64,000 bases of DNA from Spartobacteria bacterium (GTDB lineage: Bacteria; Verrucomicrobiota; Verrucomicrobiia; Chthoniobacterales; UBA6821), in assembly GCA_947471565.1 (NCBI GenBank), contig CANIVT010000013.1, positions 473 to 64,472 on the forward strand, read 5' to 3'. Position numbers and translations under genes: made by a program. The notes beneath the pieces were generated by a model. The model saw only the letters and a program-made list of their open reading frames with translations, ran no database searches and was not told the DNA's origin. Of this stretch, positions 9,001-17,517 are shown one piece after another. Within the stretch, counting starts at the first letter, position 1. Every line of letters begins with the position of its first letter.

Positions 9001-12000
9001 TCGGATCTGACGATCACCAACGCATTCAACCTTGCCAGCTTCACCTATGTTGGCAGCGGCAACCTGATTCAGACCAACGGGGCCGTCACCCTGCTCAGCA
9101 ACAGCACGATCACCGTCTCCTCCAACAACCTCACCCTCGGCGGGAATGTCGCGGACTCCGGCGCCAACCGCTCCCTCTCCAAGGCGGGTGCAGGCACCCT
9201 GATCCTCTCCGGCAGCAACAGCTACACGGGAGGCACGACCATCACGGCCGGAACGCTTGGACTCGGCTCCGCCGATGCGCTCGGCTCCGCGGGTTCGATT
9301 GTCTTCGGCGGCGGTACGCTGCGCTACGGCCCCCTCAATGCCGTGGATTACTCCTCGCGCTTCACCACCACCAACAGCCAGACCTACAACGTCAACCTCA
9401 ACGGGCAGAATGTGACCTTTGGAACGGGCTTCGGCGGAACGGGTGGTAACCTGACGGTCTCCGACTCCGCTGGTGGCGGCACCCTGACCCTTGCCGCATC
9501 GAATGCCTACACGGGGACCACGACGCTCAGCGGTGGCACCTTGGTGGCCACAAATTCGACCAATGCCTTAAGGGGTGCCCTCTCCATGAGCGGAAATTCC
9601 ACCTTGCTTCTAGGAGCCAATCAAAACATTGCCGGAAGTATTACAGGGGGTAGCGGCACCAACCTGATCACTGGCAAAGATCAAACTCTGACGCTTAACG
9701 GAAATTATGGCATAACCGTATCGGCAACCGGTGGTACTACCAACTCACTCATCATCAGCAATACGTCTGTTACCGTCACCAATACAACGAACAATAACAC
9801 CGCAGTCGGAACATGGAATGGTTCTGGCGTCAATAGGCTGGAAATCATTGACGGAGCCTCATTGGTGATCGCATCTACCGGCGTCACTGGAAGCGGTCGT
9901 TTCTACATAGGAATGAACAATAACAGCGTTGCCAACCCCAATGCCTCGACCAATACCGTGGTGGTCAATGGCGGCTCCTTCTCCGTGACCAATACGACGA
10001 TCGGTGTCCAATGGGGTTACAACCATTCCAACAGCTTTACTCGCAATGAATTCATCGTGACCAATTCCGGAACGGTGACGAGTCCGAGGATTGCGATGAA
10101 CAATGGCGGTTCCAACAACATCGCAATGCTCACCATCAGCTCCGGTTCGTGGACTGGCACGACCACAACCTTGCTAGGACAGATCGCCAGCCTCGCCCCA
10201 GCCTTCAATTCTCTCTCCCAGATCAGCAACTCGGGGGGTCTTCTCGGCCTCGGCACGGTGACTTTCGGAAACGCTGCTCCGACCGCCAACGTCAACGGCC
10301 AGACCAATAACTTCGTGATGGGCGGGGGTACCACCACGGTCTCCTACTTTGCCAACGCCTACACGAACGGCACCTACACCAACATGATTTCCTGGAACGG
10401 TGGTGTCCTCCAAGCCGCCATCAGCACCAATGCGTTCCTGACTGCCATGTCCAACAGCTCGGTCACGATCGGGGAGAAAGGGGCCATCTTTGATGTCAAC
10501 GGCTTCAACAACACGATCTCGGCAAATCTCGCCGGTAGCGGCACGGGTACCAACTCCTTGACCGTGAGGAGCACCCCCGGTGGCGGTGTTCTCACGCTCT
10601 CCGGAAGCAACAGCTTCACCGGCCCCGTCAACCTCAACGGTGGCACTCTCGGCCTCGGCAGTACAAATGCCTTGGCAGGTGGAGGAACGCTTTTCTTCAA
10701 CGGTGGCACGCTTCAGTTCACCTCCAACAACGCGACCGACTACTCGGCGCGCTTTGCCACCAATGACAACCAGGCCTACAGCCTCGATGTGAACGGTCAG
10801 AATGTGACACTCGGCAGTGCCCTCACAAGCACGGGCGGTACCCTGGCACTGACCAACTCGACCGGGTCGGGGACATTGACCCTCTCGACCAGTAACGGCT
10901 ACACTGGGGGAACGACCCTCAACGGCGGTACCCTCGCGATCAGCAGTCAATCCGCCCTGGGTGCCGGAGACGTCACGTTCGGCGGCGGTACCCTGCTCGA
11001 CACGGCGGGAATCAATCTCTCAAAGAACTTCTCCGTGACATCGGGCACGTTTGCCAATGCCTCCAATACTGCCTCGACGCTCTCCGGGCAAATCAGCGGC
11101 GGTGGAACATTCAACCTCAACCCTTCGGGATCGGTCACCCTCGCTGGCGACAACAGCGGGTTCTACGGCAATCTGACACTTGGATCCGGAACCCTGTTCG
11201 TGGCCAATGCCAATGCGCTCGCCGGCAACGGTGTGGTGACACTCTCGGCAGGCACCTCCCTCGACAACCTGACCGGTTCAGATCTCTCCATAGGCAACGC
11301 CCTGACCCTTGGAACCAATGTCACCTACCTCGGAACCTCCAACTCCCTCAGTCAGACGGGTGATCTGTTCGGCGGTAACATCTCTCTCCTTGGTAACACA
11401 TTGATCACGGTGGTCTCCAATTCACTATCCCTTGGCGGTTGGATCAACAGCTCCTCCGGCATCACCAAGGGCGGCGCTGGAACCCTCGTTCTCGGTGGCG
11501 TCAACACGCTCGGCTCCAACGGTGTCACGGCAGGTACCTTGGTGATGGGAAGTGCCCAAGCCCTCGGATCCGGAAGCGCTCTGAATTTGGCCGGAGGCGT
11601 GCTCGATGTTGCCGGAAACAACCTTACCGTGGGTGCTTTGAGCGGCGCTTCGGGTACACTGAGCAACAGCTTAGACAACGCCACCACGCTGACCGTGGGT
11701 TCCGGCAATGCCTCGGGAACCTTTGGGGGTACGCTAACCGGCTCCTCGCTTGATCTGGTGAAGACAGGAACCGGCACCCAGACGCTCTCAGGCTCCAACA
11801 GCTATGCTGGCTCAACTGTTCTCAGCAACGGTGTCCTCTCGGTGGGCAGTGCAAATGCCTTGGCAGGTGGAGGAACGCTTTCCTTCAACGGTGGCCGTCT
11901 CCAGTTCACCTCCAACAACGCGACCGACTACTCGGCGCGCTTTGCCACCAATGACAACCAGGCCTACAGCCTCGATCTGAACGGTCAGAATGTGACCCTC

Positions 12001-15000
12001 GCCTCTGCCCTCAACAGTACGGGTGGCACCCTGGCGCTCACCAATTCCACCAATACAGGGACTTTGACCCTCTCGACCAGTAACGGCTACACCGGGGGAA
12101 CGACCCTCAGTGCCGGCACCCTGGCATTGGCCAATGCCTCCGCACTCGGAACCGGTGCCCTCACCATCAATGGCGGCTCCCTGGACGAAACGGCCGGTTC
12201 GGATCTGACGATCACCAACGCGCTGAATCTGAGGAGCTTCACCTATGTGGGAAGCGGCAATCTGATCCAGAACACGGGAGCCATCACCCTGCTGGCCAAT
12301 AGCACCATCACTGTCACCTCCAATTCCCTGACGCTTGGCGGAAACGCCTCGGGTGCCTTTGCCCTCTCCAAGGCCGGCTCGGGCACCCTCGTTCTTGCGG
12401 GAAACAATACCTACACCGGTGCCACCACCAACAGTGCGGGAACCCTTCTGATCTCCGGACTTCTTGGGAACGGATCTTATGCCGGAGTGATCGCCAACTC
12501 GGGCAGTCTGGTCTTCTCCAACTCGGCCACTCAGACCCTCTCAGGCGTGATCAGCGGCGCCGGTTCACTGACCGCTTCCGGAACCGGAACCGTAATCCTG
12601 GCCACCAACAACACCTACACCGGCATCACCACCGTGAATTCCGGGGCGACACTTCAGGTCGGCACGGGATCCGGATCTGTCGGCCAAATCGGCACCAACA
12701 ATGTGACGGTCAACTCGGGTGGCAATCTCTTCCTCAACTATGCGGTTCGAAACGTCACCAATGCGATCGGCGGTGCCGGAACGCTGACCATTGTGAATCC
12801 AAATCCAGGCCTTGCAGCGGCTGACGGAGGAACTCGTCTCACCGGAAGCAACACGATCGCGTCCGTGGTCGTGAGCGGAGGAGTACTGGTTATCACCAAT
12901 GATTTCAACCTGGGTGCCAGCAACGGTACGCTCACGCTCAACGGTGGCGTGCTGGGTGGTGGCAACTCCGCCCTGACATTGCAAACAAACAGGGCGGTGA
13001 TTCTGGGAAGCAATGGCGGCTATTTTGACATGCAAGCCAATACCACCATGACGATCAACTCCTCCATCTCTGGATCCGGAGGTCTCGGAGTGGTCTTTGA
13101 CGGATCCACCGTCGGAGCACCTAAACTGGTCCTTGGTGGCTCCAACAGCTATGCCGGACCCACGACGATCGGATCGACGAATGTCTATGCCTACAGCGCA
13201 TCTGGGAACGTTTCCGCCACACTGGTCCTGTCAAATGCCAATGCCTTGCCCACAGGTAATGCCCTGATCTTTGGGGGCACGTTCAACGGTGCACGAAACG
13301 CTGCGAACTTGGAGTTGAACGGCTACAATGCGACGGTCGGATCCATCAGCGGATCGACCAATGGATTGATCCGCAACAGCACCGGTTCCTCGACCCTCAC
13401 GGTCAACATCAATGACACCAACGCCACGTTCTCGGGCAATATCTCCAATAACGTTGCCCTGGTGCTTCGCGGTAACGGTACCCAGACCCTCTCGGGATCC
13501 AACAGCTACACTGGTGGCACGACGCTCAACGGTGGCACTGTCGCTCTGGGCAATAGTTCCGCCCTCGGTTCGGGCACCGTGACCTTCGCCTCCAATGCGA
13601 CTGTCGCCTCCGCCACGAATGTCAATGTCACCAACAATGCGGTGGTCTCCAACGGTGTCACGGCGACCTATGCAGCAGGTGCTGGCACGACTCTGACCAA
13701 TTCCGGCAGGATCACCGGAACGGGCGGTTCGGTGCAGGCCACCGGCTCCGGCACCCTCGCGCTCACGGCCTCCAACAGCTACTCGGGTGGCACGACCGTC
13801 AATGGCGGGACGCTCCTGCTCACCACCAACACGGCCGCCGGCACCAACACCATCTCCCTCGCCTCCACGGGTTCCACCTTGGGCTTCACTAACGCGCTGG
13901 CATCCAAAATCGACAACAACATCACGGTTGCAACCGGCACGACGGGCATTATCCGCAATTACGGCGCCAACACTCTGGAACTCGCGGGTACGCTGACCAA
14001 GTCCGGTTCCATCCTCCAGTTCTACGGTGGCGCGGGCAGCTACAATGTGAGCGGCAGGATCACGGGAAGTGCGGCCGGTTCCGACCTGCTCCTCAGCGAC
14101 CGTGCCACGGTGACCCTGTCAGGAGTGTCCGATTACAACGGTCCCACGAAGATCATCGGTGGATCGACCCTCATCGCGGGCATTTCCAGCGCCCTTCCTT
14201 CCTCGACCGTTCTCTACCTGGGTACCAACGGGGAGTCTTCCTCGATTACCAACAGCTATGATCTCAATGGAAAGAATCAGAGCTTGGGTGGTCTCTCCAG
14301 CGCCGGCAACGGGGTCAACCAGATTTACAACAACACCGGAACCCAGAGCTTGCTGACGCTGGCGGGCAATTCCACCTTCGGCGGATCGATCAACGGCAAC
14401 GTTGCCCTCACGATCTCCGGTGGCAGCACGGTGAATCTCTCCGGCATCAACGGTTACACCGGCACCACGACCATCAGCGGTTCCAGCTCACTGAATCTCG
14501 GCACCACGGGTCAGCTCAACAACACCTCCAATGTGTTGGTCAGTGCGGGATCCACACTCCTTCTGGGAAGTGCCAATCAGGTCAACACCAATGCGGCGAT
14601 CGAACTCCGTGGAGACAACAGCAAGATTGACATGGGTGGAGCGGGCAATGGCGGAAGCCGTGCGAGCGCGCAGAAATTCTCATCTCTCAACCTGACGGGA
14701 ACGGGTAACAGCGTGATCGACTTCGCCAACCTCTCTGGAAACTCGGTCCTCACCTTTGATTCTATCACGATGAACGGGAAGACTCTGAGCATCTGGAACT
14801 GGAGCGGGACCGCCCAGAATGGCAACCAGTCCCCACTCAGGCCAGGTACTCTCACCCAGCTCATTACCCTCAGCAAGAGTGGTATCGATCTCGGTGCCAT
14901 CACGTTCTACAGCAACAGCGGATTGGAATCGGGACTACTCGGTACTGCTGGATTCAGTAACCTGCCCAATGGCAGCTTCGAGATCGTGCCGGTTCCCGAG

Positions 15001-15096
15001 CCGGGCGTCGTGATTGCCGCGGTGATGCTGCTCGGTTGGCTCATCATCTCCAACCGAGGCGCCCTTCTCACGCTCATCCGCCGCCGCTCGGCATAG
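3010..15096 (+). CDS. Giant (4,028 aa) secreted surface protein with autotransporter-associated beta-strand (PATR) repeats and a C-terminal PEP-CTERM sorting signal
   Basis: A single uninterrupted ORF. The N-terminal signal-like segment is 'FVSISLLLVLESLPSARA|QK'. Dozens of 'GxGTLTLSGSNSYTGGTTLNGGTLALGSxxALG' units match the PATR repeat (PF12951/TIGR02601 type, from memory). The C-terminus 'VPVPEPGVVIAAVMLLGWLII...RRRSA' is a PEP-CTERM pattern. Confidence 0.95.
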   Translation: MKTKPTPRLSATRSTVTQTWFRNFVSISLLLVLESLPSARAQKTWDGGANSTNLSSAANWNADAAPANNVAWVFGSTNGSQGTILNNDFSALWTNAGITFSSGALAYTINGNALTLGGNIANNSTSLQTFGTDFVLSAARTIATTANGGNLRFNGNFSGAFDLTFNGLGTTTLAGTSNSNNRNFVSSGGTVINIGTTTSGLLIGNAGTGFTNTFVNSGTYNSGDKFGIGQFGANYNLLTNSGTYTHTAGANNSILMGQGGANSTNIIFNTGTFLHGSSQWGMMVGYTPTISAFNAVTNTGSFSNGNASGKTSSFTLGGGGNTNIVNNSGNFTNSGGFSVGGGDGSAAATMYNLLTNSGFFTNSSTLVIGYGALAAGSNIVAVGGGTMGIGGTLIVGSNAPGNNILNVDSGATLSGNALTIGANRGNNSVTNAGTSTFTTVLVGNARTNTGATNSITQIGGTFTGTSLQLGASPATTNGSNVINTVNITGGLMQINGNTTIGGTANTPSGANTISLGGGTLVITGTLQPGSVANQTNSFVWTGGTLSVGTITASNSFWTGVSGNSITNNTLYNSAGNLLVGNSTNGYAGRTAITGHYAQSGTGTTTLNILGSTQTNSWTGGTTNYSLLAVSGTAAFGGTVALNMTNFDLATNAAAILTNATFASSSSSLTNATLAAVSANGIRGSTTSGGFTNFSFLNTNGFGAYRLLSTSTNLTFSYATNSYSSGNWGSGGSGAWSLGIDPNSSNAVAFFGGAGPSTVTMDSNRTVGGLFITNSGGLVLTNDGSTTLTLAQSSVLGSTALVRNTGGNQTIAVPLLLGTTMEVTNSGTQTLTLSGSISGTGGLLINSNGATLLTGAVSASGQHTVNSGGVLTVTNGGSLANGAIAVNGTLNLGSSANSAPGLLSGNGVIRQSGGGTLTLASGANTFGGTNLLQAGALVVGGTSSLNSATVSQSGGALTVNSGGSIGALTLSSGTATILGTAANVTASGGTLSGTGSLTSATLNSGSTVNISNGSAAGTLQVGSLTITGGNFLWNLYGSTADSINVAGGVTFSGPQTITITNAVGAGWDATVSTNYTILTASNYSGFNSANFTVTPGNAGSIGTWTLSNSISSGLVLNYVVNATTISITSSQPGLLQSVATNTVFANVGTSPVPLEMSGTGEYVLNMSNTYTGPTTIGSGTLTAQNNASFGNSTGINLGTSSNGSSNAVVNINTTGVTVTPVVTVQGTGGNLIQNSSGGEVTYSGIILQTNATLANVSTNGGSVNGNLIVSGVVSGGGALTITPGSGTVTLSENNSYQGGSTLNGGTLAVSNSSALGTGTLSVASGATLRASNSVNLANNVSVSNGSTTLTLDAAGNNLTNSGNISGSGAISASSIGGGTVTLSGSNSYGGASTVNSGTLALGSSNALPSATTVTVGGTGVLNLNGNNASVAALSDGGVSTGAITNSAAASTLTVNGSTASAFAGNIGGALGLTKSGTGTLTLSGSNGYTGQTALNGGILALGSANALAGTGTISFAGGTLRFGPSNSVDYSSRFSTNAGQLYSLDLNGRNVTLGSALTSTGGSLTLTNSGGAGTLTITSAGTYTGGTLIASGSTLALGSGSAGSLGAGNVTNNGSLVMNFGGGTNSNTISGSGSLLITNSGSPALTLSGSNSFSGGLTVNGTRLQITNDFALGTNNGAVALNGSTIQTVTTNVTLGAGRVITLGGSGGFLRVSSSRTLTALSQITGSAGLGIAMDTGTLVLAGSNNYSGGTTLGATNAPGGWSAGSLAVTLSNSAALGTGNDLTFVASTNAITLGLNSFNASVGALNGDTNATIRNGLSGTSTLTVSNSGTSSYSGVLTNGSGTLALAFNGNGTQSLGGSNSFTGGLTLNSGTLVVSNAFALGATNNAVTLNGGLLDLSGNSVGVGAFAGTSGTLTNSGAASIFTVGNGNGTGTFAGRITGSQLALVKNGTGTVTLSGNNDFAGGVTVTAGTLALGSASALGTGTLTMSAGSLNETAASDLTITNAFNLASFTYVGSGNLIQTNGAVTLLSNSTITVSSNNLTLGGNVADSGANRSLSKAGAGTLILSGSNSYTGGTTITAGTLGLGSADALGSAGSIVFGGGTLRYGPLNAVDYSSRFTTTNSQTYNVNLNGQNVTFGTGFGGTGGNLTVSDSAGGGTLTLAASNAYTGTTTLSGGTLVATNSTNALRGALSMSGNSTLLLGANQNIAGSITGGSGTNLITGKDQTLTLNGNYGITVSATGGTTNSLIISNTSVTVTNTTNNNTAVGTWNGSGVNRLEIIDGASLVIASTGVTGSGRFYIGMNNNSVANPNASTNTVVVNGGSFSVTNTTIGVQWGYNHSNSFTRNEFIVTNSGTVTSPRIAMNNGGSNNIAMLTISSGSWTGTTTTLLGQIASLAPAFNSLSQISNSGGLLGLGTVTFGNAAPTANVNGQTNNFVMGGGTTTVSYFANAYTNGTYTNMISWNGGVLQAAISTNAFLTAMSNSSVTIGEKGAIFDVNGFNNTISANLAGSGTGTNSLTVRSTPGGGVLTLSGSNSFTGPVNLNGGTLGLGSTNALAGGGTLFFNGGTLQFTSNNATDYSARFATNDNQAYSLDVNGQNVTLGSALTSTGGTLALTNSTGSGTLTLSTSNGYTGGTTLNGGTLAISSQSALGAGDVTFGGGTLLDTAGINLSKNFSVTSGTFANASNTASTLSGQISGGGTFNLNPSGSVTLAGDNSGFYGNLTLGSGTLFVANANALAGNGVVTLSAGTSLDNLTGSDLSIGNALTLGTNVTYLGTSNSLSQTGDLFGGNISLLGNTLITVVSNSLSLGGWINSSSGITKGGAGTLVLGGVNTLGSNGVTAGTLVMGSAQALGSGSALNLAGGVLDVAGNNLTVGALSGASGTLSNSLDNATTLTVGSGNASGTFGGTLTGSSLDLVKTGTGTQTLSGSNSYAGSTVLSNGVLSVGSANALAGGGTLSFNGGRLQFTSNNATDYSARFATNDNQAYSLDLNGQNVTLASALNSTGGTLALTNSTNTGTLTLSTSNGYTGGTTLSAGTLALANASALGTGALTINGGSLDETAGSDLTITNALNLRSFTYVGSGNLIQNTGAITLLANSTITVTSNSLTLGGNASGAFALSKAGSGTLVLAGNNTYTGATTNSAGTLLISGLLGNGSYAGVIANSGSLVFSNSATQTLSGVISGAGSLTASGTGTVILATNNTYTGITTVNSGATLQVGTGSGSVGQIGTNNVTVNSGGNLFLNYAVRNVTNAIGGAGTLTIVNPNPGLAAADGGTRLTGSNTIASVVVSGGVLVITNDFNLGASNGTLTLNGGVLGGGNSALTLQTNRAVILGSNGGYFDMQANTTMTINSSISGSGGLGVVFDGSTVGAPKLVLGGSNSYAGPTTIGSTNVYAYSASGNVSATLVLSNANALPTGNALIFGGTFNGARNAANLELNGYNATVGSISGSTNGLIRNSTGSSTLTVNINDTNATFSGNISNNVALVLRGNGTQTLSGSNSYTGGTTLNGGTVALGNSSALGSGTVTFASNATVASATNVNVTNNAVVSNGVTATYAAGAGTTLTNSGRITGTGGSVQATGSGTLALTASNSYSGGTTVNGGTLLLTTNTAAGTNTISLASTGSTLGFTNALASKIDNNITVATGTTGIIRNYGANTLELAGTLTKSGSILQFYGGAGSYNVSGRITGSAAGSDLLLSDRATVTLSGVSDYNGPTKIIGGSTLIAGISSALPSSTVLYLGTNGESSSITNSYDLNGKNQSLGGLSSAGNGVNQIYNNTGTQSLLTLAGNSTFGGSINGNVALTISGGSTVNLSGINGYTGTTTISGSSSLNLGTTGQLNNTSNVLVSAGSTLLLGSANQVNTNAAIELRGDNSKIDMGGAGNGGSRASAQKFSSLNLTGTGNSVIDFANLSGNSVLTFDSITMNGKTLSIWNWSGTAQNGNQSPLRPGTLTQLITLSKSGIDLGAITFYSNSGLESGLLGTAGFSNLPNGSFEIVPVPEPGVVIAAVMLLGWLIISNRGALLTLIRRRSA
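10657..10930 (+). repeat. Intragenic repeat copy 1 (pairs with 11845-12118)
   Basis: Hand alignment at an in-frame offset of exactly 1188 nt (396 aa). It includes a perfectly identical 75-nt run (10714-10788 = 11902-11976). It encodes 'NALAGGGTLxFNGGxLQFTSNNATDYSARFATNDNQAYSLDxNGQNVTL...'. Confidence 0.9.
11845..12118 (+). repeat. Intragenic repeat copy 2 (pairs with 10657-10930)
   Basis: See copy 1. More diverged versions of the same module occur near 7540-7710 and 9297-9470. Confidence 0.9.
14986..15093 (+). other. PEP-CTERM sorting signal (VPEP motif, hydrophobic helix, Arg cluster) at the C-terminus of the giant protein
   Basis: The translation is 'VPVPEPGVVIAAVMLLGWLIISNRGALLTLIRRRSA'. 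No exosortase gene is present in the window. Confidence 0.8.
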
Positions 15097-15119
15097 TCCG
15101 GGGTTGCCGTTGCCATCAA

Positions 15120-15145
15120 CCTGCGGGGAGGCTATCCCCCGCAGG
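15120..15145 (+). terminator. Stem-loop 24 nt after the giant ORF stop (9-bp perfect GC-rich stem, 8-nt loop)
   Basis: CCTGCGGGG-aggctatc-CCCCGCAGG read directly. There is no downstream T-tract, so an intrinsic-terminator role is uncertain. Confidence 0.4.
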
Positions 15146-15594
15146 GTTCATGGGGTTAGGAATCTCCGGTGGTGAGGACTTCTGGGATGTTCCTCCTCCG
15201 TAATCCTGTTCTCGGGGATCCTCTTTAAATCAGAAAACGCACAGCACACGTGACGGGAGGATGATCCGGACAGTAGTGGGGGTCCGATCTGCAAGAGTGA
15301 GTCGGTTGTCGCCTCGAAACGTACCTCCGGCAGAGATCCCGCAGGGGATCTTGGCTCACAGGATTTGCAAGCTCCGTAGGATGGCTCTCAGGAGAGTTTT
15401 GGATGTGGTCGGGGGCAAGTGACGTCGGGGGCCGCGCCCCGTCCCTTGCGCTTCCTCTCCGGCAAAATCAGGGAATTCAAAACCGCTCGGCTTTCACTGG
15501 GGAAATTTTCCACTGCACCCGGAAGCGTGCGAAGTCGCAGTCAGCCGTAGGAACCCAACATTTCCTTGAGGAACCACAGTCGCGATGACGGGGA

Positions 15595-15912
15595 GTTAAA
15601 ATTGTTAGAAAGGTTAACACGTGACTACGTGGAGAGGGATGTTCGGCAGATCGGCGGATGCAGGTGGCCACAAGATGAACATACGGTGCGTGGGAACGCA
15701 TCTTAGCCATGCTGCAGGCAGTCCGAGCTAGCTCGGATGGCTGATCCCAGGAGGATTGCCAGACAATCGGCTCTGGGGTTCCCTTTCAGATTCACGCTGA
15801 GTCGATGCGTTCCTTTTTAACCCTTGTCACGGTGCAACTTTTTCACGATTGCCGAGATCACCATCCAGGTGAAGCGTCCAAACCTGTGAAACAGACCCCA
15901 TCGCCAAACCTG
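15595..15912. repeat. Copy B of the conserved non-coding element (partner at 1515-1740), carrying about 100 extra nt
   Basis: It has the same anchors as copy A. The extra segment (about 15690-15790) contains the perfect palindrome CCGAGCTAGCTCGG (15723-15736). The copy lies in a gene-free gap between the giant ORF and the MFS gene. Confidence 0.7.
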
Positions 15913-15992
15913 GGATGAACAAGGGCTCCCCGCTCAAGGTCGCCCATCTCGGGTGCTGACTTTCAGATTTTCCGCTTTCCGCGGGGGCCGGA

Positions 15993-17420
15993 TCAGGAGG
16001 AGATTTCCTTCTCGATTTGTTCGAGCGTCTTGCCCTTCGTCTCGGGAAGGCGTGCCGCGATGAAGACTCCGCCGAGTACGCAGATCGCTCCATAGAGCCA
16101 GAAGGTGCCCGAGGCACCGAGTGATTTGTTGAGGATCGGGAAGGTGTAGGTGAGGAGGAAGCAGCCGATCCAGAGCGAGGAGACCGCAAGCGACATGGCC
16201 GCCCCACGGATGCGGTTGGGAAAAATCTCCGAGATCACCACCCAGGTGACTGGGGCCAGCGACATGGCGTAGCAGCCGATCGCCGCCAGCACGAGGCACA
16301 GGACCGGCATCCCGGTGACATGGCGATGGTAGAGTAATCCGAGTACAAGATAGATGGCCGCGAGACCGAACGCACCGATCAGCATGAGCGGTCGGCGACC
16401 GGAACGGTCGACGAACCCAAGGGCCACGAAGGTGAAGACCAGATTGACGGAGCCCGTCCAGGCGATGTTCTTGAGGACGCTGGAGATGTCGTAGCCGGCG
16501 GCCCGGAAGATCTCCTCGGCGTAGTTGAAGATCACGTTGATGCCGCACCATTGCTGGAACACGGCCAGCACGATCCCGAGCACGAGTGCCTTGGCAAGGC
16601 GCGGATCAAGCAGATCCGTGGGGCGGAGCCTTCTGTCGCTTGCTTCGGAAAGGGTCTCCCTCACGTCGCGGAGCTCTCCGTCGGCGTAGGCATCGCCCCC
16701 GATCCTGACGAGGATTTCCCGCGCCTTGGTAACCGCGCCTCTGGTGATCAGCCATCGGGGGCTCTCGGGTACCAGGGCCATTCCCAGCAGAAAGAGGGCC
16801 GAGGGTGCGGCCGTGATGGCGAACATCCATCTCCATCCCTGCTGACCGAACCACGAATGGACGATGTAGTCGTCGGTGGCGCCGGAGGGGAGTCCGCGCA
16901 CGAGCCACCAGTTGATGAGTTGGGCCAGCAGGACCCCTGAGACGATGGTGAGCTGGTTGACGGAGACAAGGCGTCCCCGCATGGCCGCCGGGGCGACCTC
17001 GGAGATGTACATCGGCGACAGACTGGAGGCCAGTCCGATGGCGACGCCACCCAGCATTCTCCAGAAGATGAACAGTCCGAGGGTTTCCGCGAGGCCGTTG
17101 CCGACGGAGGTCACGGCGAAGAGGGCCGCGGAGGCCAGTAGCAGGCGCCTGCGCCCGAAGGCATCGCTCAGGATCCCGGCGAGGAGCGCCCCGACCAGAC
17201 AGCCGATCAGCGCGCAGCTGTTGACCCAACCGGAGAGAGCCGCGTTGTCCTGGATCCCGAAGAAACGCTCGAAGAACGGCTTGGCCCCGCCGATCACGAC
17301 CCAGTCCCATCCAAAAAGAAGTCCGCCGAGCGCGGCGACGACCGAGATCAGCCAGACATATCCGTGATTGAGAGCGGACGGTGTCCGAGAGGGGTTGTTC
17401 GTCATTGTGGAGGTGATCAT
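15993..17420 (-). CDS. MFS sugar porter (sugar:H+ symporter, XylE/AraE/GalP-like)
   Basis: 475 aa with about 12 hydrophobic segments. Sugar-porter signatures are 'GRRRLLL', 'PESPRWL', 'GRRPLML' and 'PETKGKTLEQIE'. Confidence 0.9.
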   Translation of the reverse strand: MITSTMTNNPSRTPSALNHGYVWLISVVAALGGLLFGWDWVVIGGAKPFFERFFGIQDNAALSGWVNSCALIGCLVGALLAGILSDAFGRRRLLLASAALFAVTSVGNGLAETLGLFIFWRMLGGVAIGLASSLSPMYISEVAPAAMRGRLVSVNQLTIVSGVLLAQLINWWLVRGLPSGATDDYIVHSWFGQQGWRWMFAITAAPSALFLLGMALVPESPRWLITRGAVTKAREILVRIGGDAYADGELRDVRETLSEASDRRLRPTDLLDPRLAKALVLGIVLAVFQQWCGINVIFNYAEEIFRAAGYDISSVLKNIAWTGSVNLVFTFVALGFVDRSGRRPLMLIGAFGLAAIYLVLGLLYHRHVTGMPVLCLVLAAIGCYAMSLAPVTWVVISEIFPNRIRGAAMSLAVSSLWIGCFLLTYTFPILNKSLGASGTFWLYGAICVLGGVFIAARLPETKGKTLEQIEKEISS

Positions 17421-17517
17421 GGGGTGTCGGGGTGGGTCGATGAAATTCGGGAATGTCTCTTGATTGGAAAATGATGCCTTGCCGGAGGGATGATATCAGC
17501 CCGAAGGTGATTGCGCC

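Noticed and set aside
3010-15096. The giant ORF as a classical type V autotransporter
   Set aside because: The C-terminus is a PEP-CTERM signal (VPEP + TM + RRR) rather than an approximately 250-300-aa beta-barrel translocator. No TpsB/BamA-like partner is adjacent.
15403-15710. Small ORFs 15403..15588(+) and 15477..15710(-) in the gene-free gap as real genes or as a pseudogene of a neighbouring family
   Set aside because: They have no motifs, overlap each other on opposite strands, and show no resemblance to the ATPase, TA or transporter proteins. The region is better treated as non-coding.
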